The position numbers and the translations under genes were made by a program. DNA of 64,000 nt from the human T2T-CHM13v2.0 reference genome, Homo sapiens. The notes under the pieces were generated by a model. It was not told where the DNA came from. It saw only the letters and a list, made by a program, of their open reading frames with translations, and ran no database searches. This document shows positions 45,792-61,979 of the stretch, one piece after another; position 1 is the stretch's first letter, and every line of letters starts with the position of its first letter. The stretch lies in assembly GCF_009914755.1 (NCBI RefSeq), contig NC_060930.1. One strand, 5' to 3'.

Positions 45792-45795
<4 letters not shown>

Positions 45796-45998
45796 AAAAT
45801 CATTACTTTATTGTTAAAAATGTGTCAGTTGTAAAGATACCTGTCCTTTGAATCAGCATGTTGGGAGGTGCAGGAGATTCCTGCCTTTGAACACCTGCCT
45901 AAAGATTCCATAACAAGGGGATTTGGTATGATGAGATATATGCAAAAGGTTTGGATTCTGGAAAAATATATACAAGTCTTTTTCCAGGGGGGGAAAAT

Positions 45999-46022
45999 AC
46001 ACACACACACACACACACACAC
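45999..46022. repeat. (CA)n microsatellite
   Basis: About 12 units. Confidence 0.95.
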
Positions 46023-46849
46023 CCCTAAGGAGTCCAGTGTAATTTTGTTTCTCAAATTCCTGTTTCTCAAATACAAAGTTTTAGGAGAATAAGACAATTT
46101 AGGAAAATCAACACATTATTCATGTCCCGTAAAACACCAAGATTGTTTTTCTATTTTCCTGAGTTATATCAATAGAAAAAACATAAAATGATAATTAGTC
46201 TCCCTGTCACTTCATCAGAGTTTTATAGATTAGTAATTTTCATGTATAGCACATTTATGATATAACTTATACCCTTATTTATTGGAGATGATTTTATTAG
46301 ATGATACCTGCAGACTATGGAAAAAAAAATCTTTTCTAAGCTTTCTATATGAGGTGGTCATTAGAATGCTTCATGGGATTTTTGAAAACATTTCTAATAT
46401 TCCAGCCTCTGACAATAAGCACTTTTTCCTCTATGACATTAATTTACTCCTTAAAGTTTTCTCTTCAGCTATAATCTTAAGGTAAATGGGAAATAGACAT
46501 AAGTGCATTTAAATTTATAATGCACTGATTCTCTTGTGAAGGTAGTCTTGTAATGAGGAAGGAATTCAAAACAGAACTTGTTTGCAGCTCTGCAAATGTG
46601 CAAGAAAGCTACAAACCTGCCAATATTCCATTCACATTTAGCTACACATTTCTGAGACACATCTATCTTTACTAGAGGGCAGGATTTGCTATCTCTCTGG
46701 AGTAGCATATGCATAATAAAGATGGACAGAGATTGATAATTACTTGCATCAAAATGATGCTTTCTTTGTGTACCTAAATTTAGGAACAAAATGTTAGAAA
46801 ATTGTTTCAAAAGTGCCTAGGTTAAAAATACCAACTATATCAAACCTAA

Positions 46850-47925
46850 TCTACTTATTCTCCTGCTCTCCTCATCCACCGCTTCATACCTTCTCATCCT
46901 CAAGCCACAAGTACTTTTTCTCCTATCTTCCTTTGCAGTGTTACTTACTATTTCCCTGAGAAATAGAAGTAATCAGAGGACTTCCACAGACCACCTCCCC
47001 CCACCACCATATAGAGTCACCTACTTGTAACTGTGCCTTGTATTCTCTGTCTTCCATCTGTTCTTATGAATGAAATGTTCCGAGCTGTATCCTTGCAACT
47101 TGTGCACTAGATCCCATTCCTTCCCCTACTCAAAGAGTGATTCAGCAACTTTCTCCTCTCCCCTGCAGCATCACTCCCACCCTCTCTATTGGGTCATTCC
47201 CACAACCAGCTTGGTGGAAGCAACAATCAGCCCGCTCCCGGATTCTTGCAGTAGCCTCCTACCTGGTCTCCTTTTAGCCCCTGCTCCCTTTCACTTTATT
47301 TTCATCGCAATAGCCAGAATGATTCCATTAAAATCCACTCTTGCTCAGAACCCTCCAGAGGCTTCTCATTCACTAAGTATAAAAGTTAAAATCTCTAAAG
47401 AAAAAAAAAAAAATCCAACCCTACTTGGTCTTCCCTGCCCTCTACCTCTTCTTACTTCTCTAACCTAATATCTTACTCCTCTCCCTCAGCTCTTTCTGCA
47501 CCAGCCACACTGATTTTATTTTTCCTAGAACACCCTGGCTAGAACTTCCATCTAGCCCCAGATTTTCTAGTTTCCTAGAACCCCCACTGCTTGCCCTAGA
47601 TTTTCATCTAGCTTGTTCCCTTTCCCTTTTTTGACCTTTCATCTTTCATATCATCAGTGAGGCCTTTCCTGCCCACTCATTAGAAGTATAACTGCCCCCA
47701 CCTCCCCTACTCTATTTTTCTCAGTTACACTTGTCTCCATGTTGTGAAATACCATATATTTTTACTTGTTAATTGTTGTCTATAGTCTGTCACCCCCCTC
47801 AACCCTACCCCAGGTAAGGTGCTTGAGTGGTTGGGATTTTTTTTTCCTTTTTACTCCCCTCCCATATTACTGGTGTATTCCTAGAACATAGTAGGTACTT
47901 ACCAATATTTGTTGAAAGAATGAAT
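46850..47925 (+). mobile_element. L2 LINE fragments
   Basis: cttgcagtagcctcctacctggtctc; atagtaggtacttaccaatatttgttgaaagaatgaat (L2 3' end). Confidence 0.65.
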
Positions 47926-48008
47926 CTATAATAGAGTATAATTGGAAAATGACTTAGGAGTATCAGTCATGCAGACTGAATTTTTTTAAATCTGTTTCAC
48001 CAATTCTG

Positions 48009-48311
<303 letters not shown>

Positions 48312-48414
48312 TCAATTCTGCTTTATAAACATAATTTAAATACGGTTTTAGCTTCAGGTGAGTCACTATAGGCATTCGTCTTTCTAGAAATTGTGGGACT
48401 CTCCCTCTTATATG

Positions 48415-49996
<1,582 letters not shown>

Positions 49997-51038
49997 TACT
50001 TTAAAAGAAGTATACCATGAGAAAAGTATGTATTTTAATACTTTTTGAACTTTTATACTTTCAATACATTGCTGTTAAAAATTACTTTAGTTCAATGTAG
50101 ACATTCAGATATTTATAGTTATTCTTCTTATGGTCCCTATTCAGAGATGATCTGCTATAAATTTCCCTCTAAGTGCTGTTTTAACTGCATTACACACATT
50201 TTGATATGTTGTCTTTTCATTATCATTCAATTCAAAATATTTTTCTATAATTTTCATTGCAATTTCTTTAGTTATTTTAAGTTGCTTAATTTCCAAATAT
50301 TTGGGAATTTTGCAGATATATTTTCTATTGATTTCTAATTTAATTTTAATTTTATTTTATACTCAGAACCCATGTTTTTATAATGCCAATTCTTTTAAAT
50401 TTTTTGAAACTTGCTCAGTGGCAACTAACACTCTGACAACTGCCAGATACACATTTTTTTTCCCAGTGCACATGAAACATTCATCAAGAAAGACCATTGT
50501 CTTTTCATGTTTTCCATTATATCTTGAACATATTTATACTAGCTATTCTAAGGCTTTTCCTATTCCGTCATCTTTGTCAATTCTGAGTCTGTTTTTACTG
50601 ACTAATGTTATCCTAGTTATGGGGTATGTTTCCTTGCTACTTTTTATGTCTAATAATTTTTTACTGGTGTTGGACATTGTGATTACCATGTAGTTGTGTG
50701 TCTGTATTTTATCTTGTTTCCAAGAACATTCAGTTCCAGCAGATAGTTGAAGGTCAACTTGATCCTTTGAAGCTTGTTTTATGCTTTCTTAAGATGGTTT
50801 TAAAGCAGAAGATGACAACGTTTTTATTTAACGAGCCAGATAGTATTTTAGCTTCTACAGTTTCTTTTGCGTATTTGTGTGTACAACACCTTAAAAATGT
50901 AAAAAACATCTTTTGCTTGTGACCCATACAAAACCAGGCTGTGGGTTGGATTTGGCCTGTGGGCTGGAGCCACCAATTGCTGTTCTAAAGAATTCTTTAG
51001 GGCTACTTTAGCCATACTTTTGTTATTAAATACTCCTC

Positions 51039-51542
51039 TGTCGAGTCAGAGACTATTCAGGGTCTGAGATTTTACCCTACTTTGAAGCCAGTAAATGAGC
51101 TTGCCACAGTTTAACAGATGCTGGCAGAAGACATGAGACTCCTAGGTCAGAAACAGACAACCTTATTATTCACAGTACAGCAAATAGCATGGGCTTTATG
51201 TTCTCTTGGTTTTCCTTGTTCTCCAAACCAAGACAATGAGGACAATGTGAGTGGGTCCAGGTAAATGCTACACATACAGTTGGTCTGTGTCACATCTGAG
51301 GAGCCCCAAGCTTAGGAAACCCCTAATCTTATAAGGTAACCGCTAGTAAATCTGCCACACTTTGTCCTGGAAGAAGCCATTCACTTTATTTTTCTGGTCA
51401 GGAAACAAATCTGTCCTCTGTGCTGGAGGGTGACACTATGCCTTCCAAAGGTGTTGGCTAGACAAACATCCTTTGAAAGATAGTCTAGGTCAAAATTTGT
51501 CACAAGACACACAGAAATGCCGTGGAGAATTGTTGCTTAGCA
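51039..51542 (-). mobile_element. ERVL-type solo LTR (LTR40-like)
   Basis: TG...CA ends; minus strand acaattctccacggcatttctg...gactatctttcaaaggatgtttgt. Confidence 0.55.
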
Positions 51543-52072
51543 CCCACATGTTCAAGAGGCATTTCCACTGGTTGTAACTCAAATGCTTGTCAGCCCTGTG
51601 AAAGTGTTGCTGAGGTCTCAGTGCCCCAGTAGTTCTTCCTCTGAGAGTTGTTCTAATAGTTGTTCTCTGCCTGGCCTTACATAGTCCCATTTTATGGATG
51701 TACATCTTAGTATTCACGTAGACTCAAGATGATTTTTATGCAGATTTCTGGAGCTCTGTCTCTTGACAGCTTTCTCTTCTCTTGTGGTGCTCTCTTTCTC
51801 AAATTGTGGTTGCCCTCCTAAGTTCCTGTCTCTCTCTTAAGCCCAGCAAAACCACTGTACTCTGCTTAGGTTCTCCTTCTTTGTATATCAGTCGATAGAG
51901 TGCCTCCAGGCAGAAGGCTGGAACTCAGTTCATTTTTCTTTCCCAAGGGATCACAGTCCTCCTGTACTACCTGTTGTTCAGATTTTCAAAGCGGTTACTT
52001 TATATATTTTGTCTACTTTTACTATTTTTTATAGCAGATGCTAGTCCCATATTAGTTACTCCATCATTGATT

Positions 52073-52380
<308 letters not shown>

Positions 52381-54676
52381 TGATTCTGTCTTTTTAGCAT
52401 TTACTTCTTTATAAGTTTTAGGATTTTGATTAGCATAATCACTTTGAGTGGGAGATATTTTTGTTGTCACCCTTTCTTGGCCTGTCTCCAAGTTTGATGA
52501 ATATTTCTATCTGCCCTTTTCCTCATTCCATATCCCAGTCCAGAGCCAGTTCTTAAAATGGCTTTAGAGGGCTCCTACTCCTTACTGATATCCGGAATAT
52601 GGCCAATTCAGTAACTGAACCAGCTGTTAGCTCAGCTCAGTTGCTGTAGTGATGTTTTTCTTTTGTCATTTTGCCCTCTTGGGTCCAAAGCTTCCCATAA
52701 ATGCACAGCCCCAGGCAGAATCAGAAGCAGTTTAATTTAGCCTCCTTTCATGAGACTGGGGAAAACCAGGTGACAAACCACTGTTTGCCTGGAACTAAAG
52801 GGTTTCTTGGGATTTGGGATGATCAGTGCTAAAACAGGAAGAGTCCTAGGAAAACCAGGAAGGCTGATCACCTCAGTCATGCCCCAGTTTCTGGCTTCCA
52901 GTAACATGGCTGGCATTGGTCTTCATCTTTAGCAGAGCATTTTAGTCTGTGTATTCCACAAGAGCTGAGTTTCCAGTTGCCACTAGCTGCCTCAAGACCC
53001 AGACCCTGATCGACTACAGCTCTAGCCCAGCTTACTGCTTTGCATTTCTATTGTGTTTCTGGTCCACAAAGATGTTAGTTTTGTTTTTTAAACCCAACAA
53101 TGGCCTTTTAGTTTTCTTTTTTTCTGTTTTATCTCTCATTACCATGTGTTTAGAGCATATAAGATAAGCTGAAACATGAATTTACTGTGCCACCTTGTTT
53201 GGAAATTCTACTGATTCTTTTTCAATTTGATATTGTCTTGGCTTAGGAAATAATGTAATTTAACTGCCTGCTTTATTGAGAAACGCTCCCAACTCTCCCT
53301 CTCATTTTGAGGGATCTCAAATCACAGAAATTCAGGTGAAATATTGTCATTTTCCATATAGTGGTTTAATTGTTTCTTTGAGGGCATCGTAACTCAGTGC
53401 TGGAGTTAGAATAGAACAGGGATAGTATCCCAGCTTTGCTCCCTCCTACATCTGGTTGATGAGAATGGTATCAGACAGTGCTTTGTGTCCCCACCTCCTC
53501 CCCATCTCTGCTTCGAGCTGCTCTCTCTCCTTTTCCTATTCCTCCATGGGCCCTTTTTTTATGCAACCTTCAATCTGTTATTGGAGAATACGTGGATTTT
53601 CAGACCCTTTGTCATAACTTGGTAGCCTTTCCAGAGTGTTACTGCCTCTGAACTTGGGCAAGAGGAGGAAGAAAAGCCTTCCTACTTGTTTATTTGCCTC
53701 GAACTATGCTCTATGTTCTTTTAGATGCAAATATTTTAAAAAACAATTTTCAATCTTTTGCTCTTTCATGCTGTTGCCAATAACAATCTAGGGAACTGTC
53801 AGTGAACTGCATTGTGATTTACACTAGGCATTTAAAATATTTCCAATGGATTAAAGAGTTTTTGAACATAGGGGGTTTCACATTTCAAGCCCAAATACCT
53901 AAATATAATTGCACACTATGCTCCTGTCAGTATACTTGCTGGAGCAAAGTAGTTCACAGCAACCAGCTTAGCTCTACTTAGAAAAGACTTGCTTAGGAAT
54001 AATTGAAGTGGTAGAAATGTGTATGTGGTCATCCTCATTGAGACATTTAGAAACTGGTATTGCATATGGTGTCATCCTCTTTAAGCCACTCTGTTTTTAA
54101 CAAAAATGAAATAAATATGTGAGTTTACAGCTCACATGAAGGAATTAAACATTTTCTGGGAGGTAATTTAATAAAAATCAGATGATTCAAGAAATGGTTA
54201 CCTTCATGTTTTGTTTATTTGTTTGTTTTGTTAAAGAAACTAGTTGGAAAAATGCTTTGTTCGGATATCTTAAAATAACTCCATAGGTAGCTGTTCTGTG
54301 ATTGCCGACTTGGGGTGTGGAAAAGTTACAAAATGAAATAGAGAGCTATTATTTAGCAATTAAGAACACACTTTGCTTCTTTAACTGGGATTAAGTACTT
54401 CTGGAGCAAGTTTTGTGCTAACATTAGACATTGAGGTTGGTCCAATAGCTGCACAAGTTATTCTTTAGAAACTGTAGTCTGTTAGTTCAAATCAGGACAC
54501 CGCAGTGTGAATATAAATCACTTATGCCACATTCTTACGAGGTCATTAAACCATAATTGTCACAATTTCTTTAGAATTACCAAAGCAAGAATTTCCTCTG
54601 TGTAACGTTTGAGCTTTATTTTTTTTTCTTTTTGTTTTTCTTTCATGTATTGGAAGACTCTTTTAAAATGATATTT

Positions 54677-54979
<303 letters not shown>

Positions 54980-55606
54980 CTAATGCCCTGGCTTCTATCA
55001 TCCCTCGCCTATAAAATAGATGTATGTACTAGGAAGCAGGTATTGCGTGAGTGTACTGTGAACAGCATACTAGAACCCATTGGTTTTAGGAAATTAATGA
55101 GAAAGGTAATGTGGTATAGTGGAAAGAGAATGCGTCTTGGAGTCAGGCAAACCCACCTGTGAATCCAGCTCCACCATACTCTCTGTATAACCTTAGCAAA
55201 ATTGCTTTGTTTCTATGGGCCTCAGTTTCTTTATCTGGTTTAAAAAAGAAAGAAGAAAATGTTAGGTGCTAAGAAAATGTTACTCCACTGTCCCTACCCT
55301 TCTCAGAAGACATTTAGATAGATAGCTAGACAGACAGATGGAATGTTATTAACTGAATGCTTATTATGTGCCTGACATTGGGCTCCACATCTCATTTAGT
55401 CCTAACACACATACGAAGCACTGGAGCTTATACAGCCTTTGTATATGTCTTCAGGCTTGACTTGCCTGAAGTTACATAACTAGGAAGTAGTAGAGCCAAA
55501 CTACTGTACAGCACAGTGCTCTTAGCTACTGTGATTTTAGCTTCACAAAATTTAAAATCTCTTAGAGATATCCTACCAGTTTAATGCTGTTAGAAAATGT
55601 AATGAC

Positions 55607-55914
55607 AGCCAGGCACGGTGGTTCACACCTGTAATTCCAGCACTTTGGGAGGCCAAGGCGGATGGATCACAGGGTCAGGAGATCGAGACCATCCTGACTA
55701 ACACGGTGAAACCCCGTCTCTACTAAAAATGCAAAAAAAAATTAGCCGGGCATGGTGGTGGGCGCCTGTAGTCCCAGCTACTTGGGAGGCTGAGGCAGGA
55801 GAATGGCGTGAACCCGGGAGGCGGAGTTGCAGTGAGCCGAGACTGCACCACTGCACTCCAGCCTGGGCGACAGAGCAAGACTACATCTCAAAAAAAAAAA
55901 AAAAAAAAAGAGAG
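55607..55914 (+). mobile_element. AluY-like
   Basis: TSD agaaaatgtaatgaca. Confidence 0.93.
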
Positions 55915-55986
55915 AGAAAATGTAATGACAAACCACTAGTTTCTCATCATATTTATTTTTTTCTGTCCATATTTAATTTTGATGCA

Positions 55987-56735
55987 TGTATTTGCTAGAG
56001 CTGCCGTAACAAAGTACCACAAACTGGGTGGCTTAAGCTGCAGAAAATTATTTTCTTATAATTCTGGAGGCAAGAAGTCCAAGCTAAAGGTGTTGACAGG
56101 TTTGCTTTTTTCCGTGGTCTCTCTTCTTGACTTGCAGATGACTGCTGCTATGGTCTGAGTATTTATGTCCCCACAAATGCATATGTTGAAATCCTAACCT
56201 TAAGGTAATGACATAAGGAAATGGGGACTTTGGGAGTGATTATGTCATGAAGTCAAAGCCCTCACGAGTGAGATTTGTTCCCTTATAAGATGGGCCCAAA
56301 GCGACCACTCACGCTTTCCACCATGTGAAGACAGGGCAAGAAGGCACCGCCTGTGAGGAAATGGGTCCTTAGCAGACACTGAATCTGCCAGCACCATGGT
56401 CTTGGACTTTCTGGCCTCCAAACTTTGAGAAATAATTGTGTGTTTTTTGTAAGATATCCAGTTTATGGTATTTTGTTATAGCAGCCTGAGCAGGCTAAGA
56501 CAGCTGTCTTCTTGCTGTGCCTTCATATGGTTGTCCTTCTGTGCATGTTATCTGTGTCTTCATCTCCTCTTCTATGTAGACACCAGTCCTATTGGATTAC
56601 AGCTCACCATAACAATTCCATTTTATCTTAATTACCTCTTTAAAGGCCCTGTCTCTAAATATAGTCATGTTCTGAAGTACTGCAGGTTAGGGCTTCAACT
56701 TGGGAATTTGGGGAGGACATATTCAGCCCATAACA
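55987..56735. mobile_element. MLT1-type LTR with an oppositely oriented MaLR LTR (~56146-56502) nested inside
   Basis: gctgccgtaacaaagtaccacaaactgggtggcttaa...attcagcccataaca; inner tgctatggtctga...ttgttatagcagcctgagcaggctaagaca. Confidence 0.75.
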
Positions 56736-57153
56736 ATGCATATATAGCATAAAGCATATGAAAATAAGAGCACCTACCCTCCATTGTGTGTTTACCATGT
56801 GTGAGACACTGTTCGAAACACTCTATACATGTGTATTTAACCCATATGAGGATAGGTACTATCCTTATCCTCATTTGTTACTGGGAGGCTAGGTAGTCTG
56901 TCCAGGGTCACATTACTAGTAAGTGAAATAGGATTTGAAGCTCTACAGTCTAACTCCAGAATCTGAACTTTTATGCAGTATATATACTGCCCATCACAAA
57001 AACAAGAAATATCCAGTTTGGAGCAAAGAAACAGAAGACACAGTAATATCTATTTGAGGTAAAATTATGATTAACTTGAAAATTCTGTATATGTTTAATT
57101 AGCAGTTACTAGGTTGTCATATGTGAGAAATAAAGAAGCAGCTTCATTCTTCT

Positions 57154-57206
57154 TTGCCATTGAAAATCATGGCAAAAACCGCTATTACTTTTGCACCAAT
57201 GTAATA
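57154..57206. mobile_element. MADE1 (mariner MITE) half
   Basis: ttgccattgaaaatcatggcaaaaaccgctattacttttgcaccaat. Confidence 0.75.
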
Positions 57207-58576
57207 CTATAGCACAAGTAATAAGTCAGAGTCATTTAAAAAATAGGAAAGAAAATTCCAAGTAAATTTCTGGCATGCTACTCTATATAATAAAGGGTTA
57301 ATTAATACAAAATATTCTTCTAAAATTTCAAAAGCAAATAGTACCCACAATAAAGTTTTAATATTTGAAGACCTAGTACACACATGCCTTACTTCTTGGC
57401 TTTTTGTCAAAGTTGATATCACTCCAGCTTCAGCCCGTTTTACTGATGCAGAAAAAAGAGCTGAGTTTCACATCTGGGAGATATGGGGCTCAGGGACAGC
57501 AATATGCCCCTTCCAGTCTCCGAACTAAGCATACAAAAGCAAAGAACTTGGACCTAACGGTGACTAGAAAAGAAATTGTAAACCATCCATATTCCCTCCC
57601 TGAACCCCCAAACAGTGAGGAAGGAATATAGGGCTCCCTCTACACAAAGAAACAGGATTTGAGCCAATTTAATTGAGTGTCAAAGGACAGCATTCCTTAC
57701 CTTCTATCTGGTTTAAAACCAAAGTAAAGAAACAGATTTCGGGGTAGGAAACACTGCTATGGTGCTCCCTTTTTGCCAATCACTTTGTGTCAACAAAGCC
57801 TCTGCCTTCAAGATGCGTGAAACCTGGTGACTGGGGGGGATTTACAAAGATGAGATAATGAGAATTAACAGAGCTCATAGTCAAGTTCTAAGTTAAAAAT
57901 AATCAAATATGAAAATGTTGAGTGGAGACATTGTTATGGCTGGTCAGGATTTTGGAGGCCACTATGACTGGAGTTATCAAGACAAATGATGTAGAAAAGG
58001 TGGGTTTTGAGATGGACCTTGAAAGATGGGATAGTTTGTGGTGGAAAGAAGAGGCATCTTAGACAGGATTCAACATCAGCTGGGCATGAAGGCAGGAACG
58101 AGGGAAGTATGTGGAAGCGATGAGGAGACCTCACCTCTGGAAAAGATAGGTTTGGGGGAGTAATGGGATATACTTTATAAGTAGATAGAGTGGGGTCAGA
58201 TTATTAATATGGCTGCATGCTGAAGTCTGGCATTATTATTCTATTAGTTGAATTGCTCAGTGAAATTATCTCAATTCTCTAAACATGCTTGTAAGAATAC
58301 ATCTCAACAAAACTTAGCATTTTGGATTAAGTAGTGTGTTTGTTAAGTCTGCTCGGATCACAACATACTCTATGGACCACTGGCCCTTCCTGATTCTCTA
58401 CTCAAAGTTGTGTCATGCCTAATTAGGCTAGGAGATCAAGCAGTCCTGTGCCTTCACTCACCCCTGGCCAGAGGCCTTGGAAGAAGCTTTAAGTGATTCT
58501 AAGTGGCTGACTAGAGTTGCCAGGAGAGTGCCACTGCCCTGTGAAGGCATATAGCCTAAGAAATGACTTAAACTTG

Positions 58577-59014
<438 letters not shown>

Positions 59015-61651
59015 TCACAGACCTTAATCTGAAGTCTGTGTGACTTCGGGCAAATTACCAAATGTGTATGAGCCTGTTTTATTTTTTAATCTATAAAACA
59101 GCCCCGTAACTATGCAGTTATTGTTAACTTTCTTTTTTTCCTTTTGTGACTTCTCTCAGTTCCTGACATTTTTGAAGAACATCTTTGTCTAATCTAAATG
59201 CCCTCTACTGCCAAGGAGTTGAAAACTACTCTTTAGGATCCCTGTGGATCCTCAAGAAAACATGGGGATGTCAATAAAGTTGGCCTGCCCCAACCCTCCC
59301 TCTCTCCCTCCCCACTCATGTATTTATTTCCTCAGGGTAGGATTTTAAGTCAATCAGCCAATCCTTAGGATAGTACAGAGTTCAGTAGGGTTCAGAGTTC
59401 CAGGAAATGATCTCAGAGTGGGTAGATCAACTACCCTTACGTGTACTGAGTCTAAAACAAGAAATAATGACTTAAAGTCATTATATGGCCTAAAGCATGT
59501 AAACATTAAGGTTACACGTGACAAAGCACTTTTTGAGTTCACAAACAGTTGGGCAAGGCCATAAACTATCACATTACTAAATTGCTACCATTTCTAATGT
59601 TCAAGGTTCCAACTACAAGTTTGTCCTTAGAAGTTGCCTTAGAAATTACAATGTGCTGTCAGTAATTTGGGTGTATCCAATTGTGCTTGCAGCTAAGAAA
59701 CACATAGGGTTTGCCGGTTCGTATTTTGCCTATATTTGAATCCTGAAAATAACCACTTCATAAGAACAGAATGAGCTTTGTGAAGATTATATCACAGTTG
59801 GTTAGAAATGGAAGGTACATTTTTCTTACCCCCTCTTGCCTTTCATCTCTAAACACATTTGCCCCTACTCTGAAGTACAGGCGACTATGAGAGCAGCTGC
59901 GGTAGGCAGCTGTAGCATCTTCTGCGTCATCTGCTCCTATGCTCCGCAGACTCTGTCCTCATCCTCCGCTCCCAGTTGCCCTTTTCTTCCTTTCAAAATG
60001 GCCCGCTGCCCTCTTCTGTTCAGTGCCCCACCTGGGGTCTGGCAGTGTCCCTGCAGTGATTTCAGGGGATTTTGCCTGGTGTCCTCTTACTTTTAGCATT
60101 CTGTATGGTAAAAAGATCATTAGTGAAAACATTGTATCTTATTTAAAAAAACTAGAAAGAAAAAAGCGTTTATCAGCTAATATACAGCGGCTTGCTGCTG
60201 CCTCCACAAGTGCTGCCTGTTGATTTTGGTGATGCGCTCTACCCTATCAGTACAATAGAACACGCAGAGGACCGATGATTATGAGTCTTTGAGGAGAAGC
60301 CCTCCACAGGATTGCGTTGAGAGAAATGACTTATTCATCCTATGCACATAGGGTAGTAAACCACTGTCCCAGAGGCAGTTCTCTAACTTTCCACAAAGTG
60401 CTTATGGACTGGCCAAGCCACTCCCAACATTTCTCTCAGTGCACAATAAACTGTTATAACCAGCAGCTATGGAATCCCTTTCTTTAAAAAAGCAGAGTTG
60501 AGCATAAGCTATTCTGTAAGGTAGAATATAGGAGGTAGTGCAGGATACATTCCTTTGTGCAATATGATAAAGGAATTTATGCTCCATGGCACTTAGGGAA
60601 GAGCCAGCTCATTTTAGACTGGTCCTTTTAATGTTGTTTGATTTTGTACACTTGGAAAATGGGCTTGCATTCTTTTTCTCTTTTTGAAAAAGCTATTATG
60701 TTGTTTTAAAACATACATATTTTAGGCTTTAGGTAATATTCAAATTCTAATTTAAAACAAAGTATTACTTAATATATTTGATTGATAACACATTACATGC
60801 ACCATGCATGGAAAGCAAGTAAAAACAAATTGTATGTTTTATTGTACTATATGGGCAACAGGGTAGCCTGCCTTACAAAACAATATAAATCATCTTTTAC
60901 CACTGCTCTCCAAAAATAATTTGGAGTTTACACAATCCAAATTGCACCTGCCAGAACTGCCAGCAATATCTTCAATTTTCACTGACTATACTTTCCTTTC
61001 ACTCCCTCCATATATTTAGACAAATGGAACAGATATTTCAGCCACACAGTTTACACAATAAAAAACAAAGGTTGAAATAAAGGAAAGGAATGTATTAAAT
61101 TAACTTTGGGCATGTGAGTGTATAGATGCTAGCATCCATAGCATATAAATACACAGGTGAAATATACCTAAAATAAGGTGGTTTGTGTGTATCAGACTGA
61201 ATATGCAGGTGTGGTGTACACAGATGTGTACATGCCAAACTGCCGATTTTCTCACGTAAGTATAGCAGTTTCAATACCTAGCAGTGAATGTTAATGTATT
61301 TTGAGAAAAAGAATTTGTCTCCTTAAATATTACAATATACAATAAGCATGTATTTGTTATAAATATAAAAATAATGTGCTTGAAATGCTAATTAATTAGA
61401 TTGGAGAGTACATACTTTGTGAGGAATAGATAAAAAACTAGAACAATTAGACCTCAGCCTGGGCAACTGTGAAAATATAAACTCACAGAAGCTCTGAGCT
61501 GGAAGGATTTGATCAGGGCCTCTACAATCTAAATCTTATTAAAGGCATGAATTGTCTTTGCAACATCCCAGTAAAGTGGTCATTCTGCACTTGTTATACT
61601 TTTGGTGTAGGGATACTCAGTGCTTACCAACACAGTCACCTTCAAGTTCTT

Positions 61652-61979
61652 GGGTTTTTTTTTTTTAATTGAAGCAGGGTCTCCATCTGTTACCCAGGCT
61701 GGAGTGCAGTGGTGCGATGATGGCTCACTGCAGCCTCGAACTCCTGGACTCAAGTGATCCTCCCACTTCAGCCTCCCTAGTAGCCAGGACTAGAGGCACA
61801 AGCCACAACACTGGTTAATTTTTGTATTTTTTGTAGAGACAGGGCTTCACCATGTTGCCCAGGCTGGTCTCAAACTCCTGGGCTCAAGTGATCCCCCAAC
61901 TTCAGCCTTCCGAGTATATATACTCAGAAGTATATATAGGTATATATGGGATTATAGGTGTGAGCCACCACACCTGGCC
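61652..61979 (-). mobile_element. AluJ-like with a short TA-rich insertion
   Basis: TSD tcaagttctt. Confidence 0.9.

Noticed and set aside
57154-57206. miR-548-like hairpin from MADE1
   Set aside because: Only about half of the palindrome is present, too short for a pre-miRNA stem.
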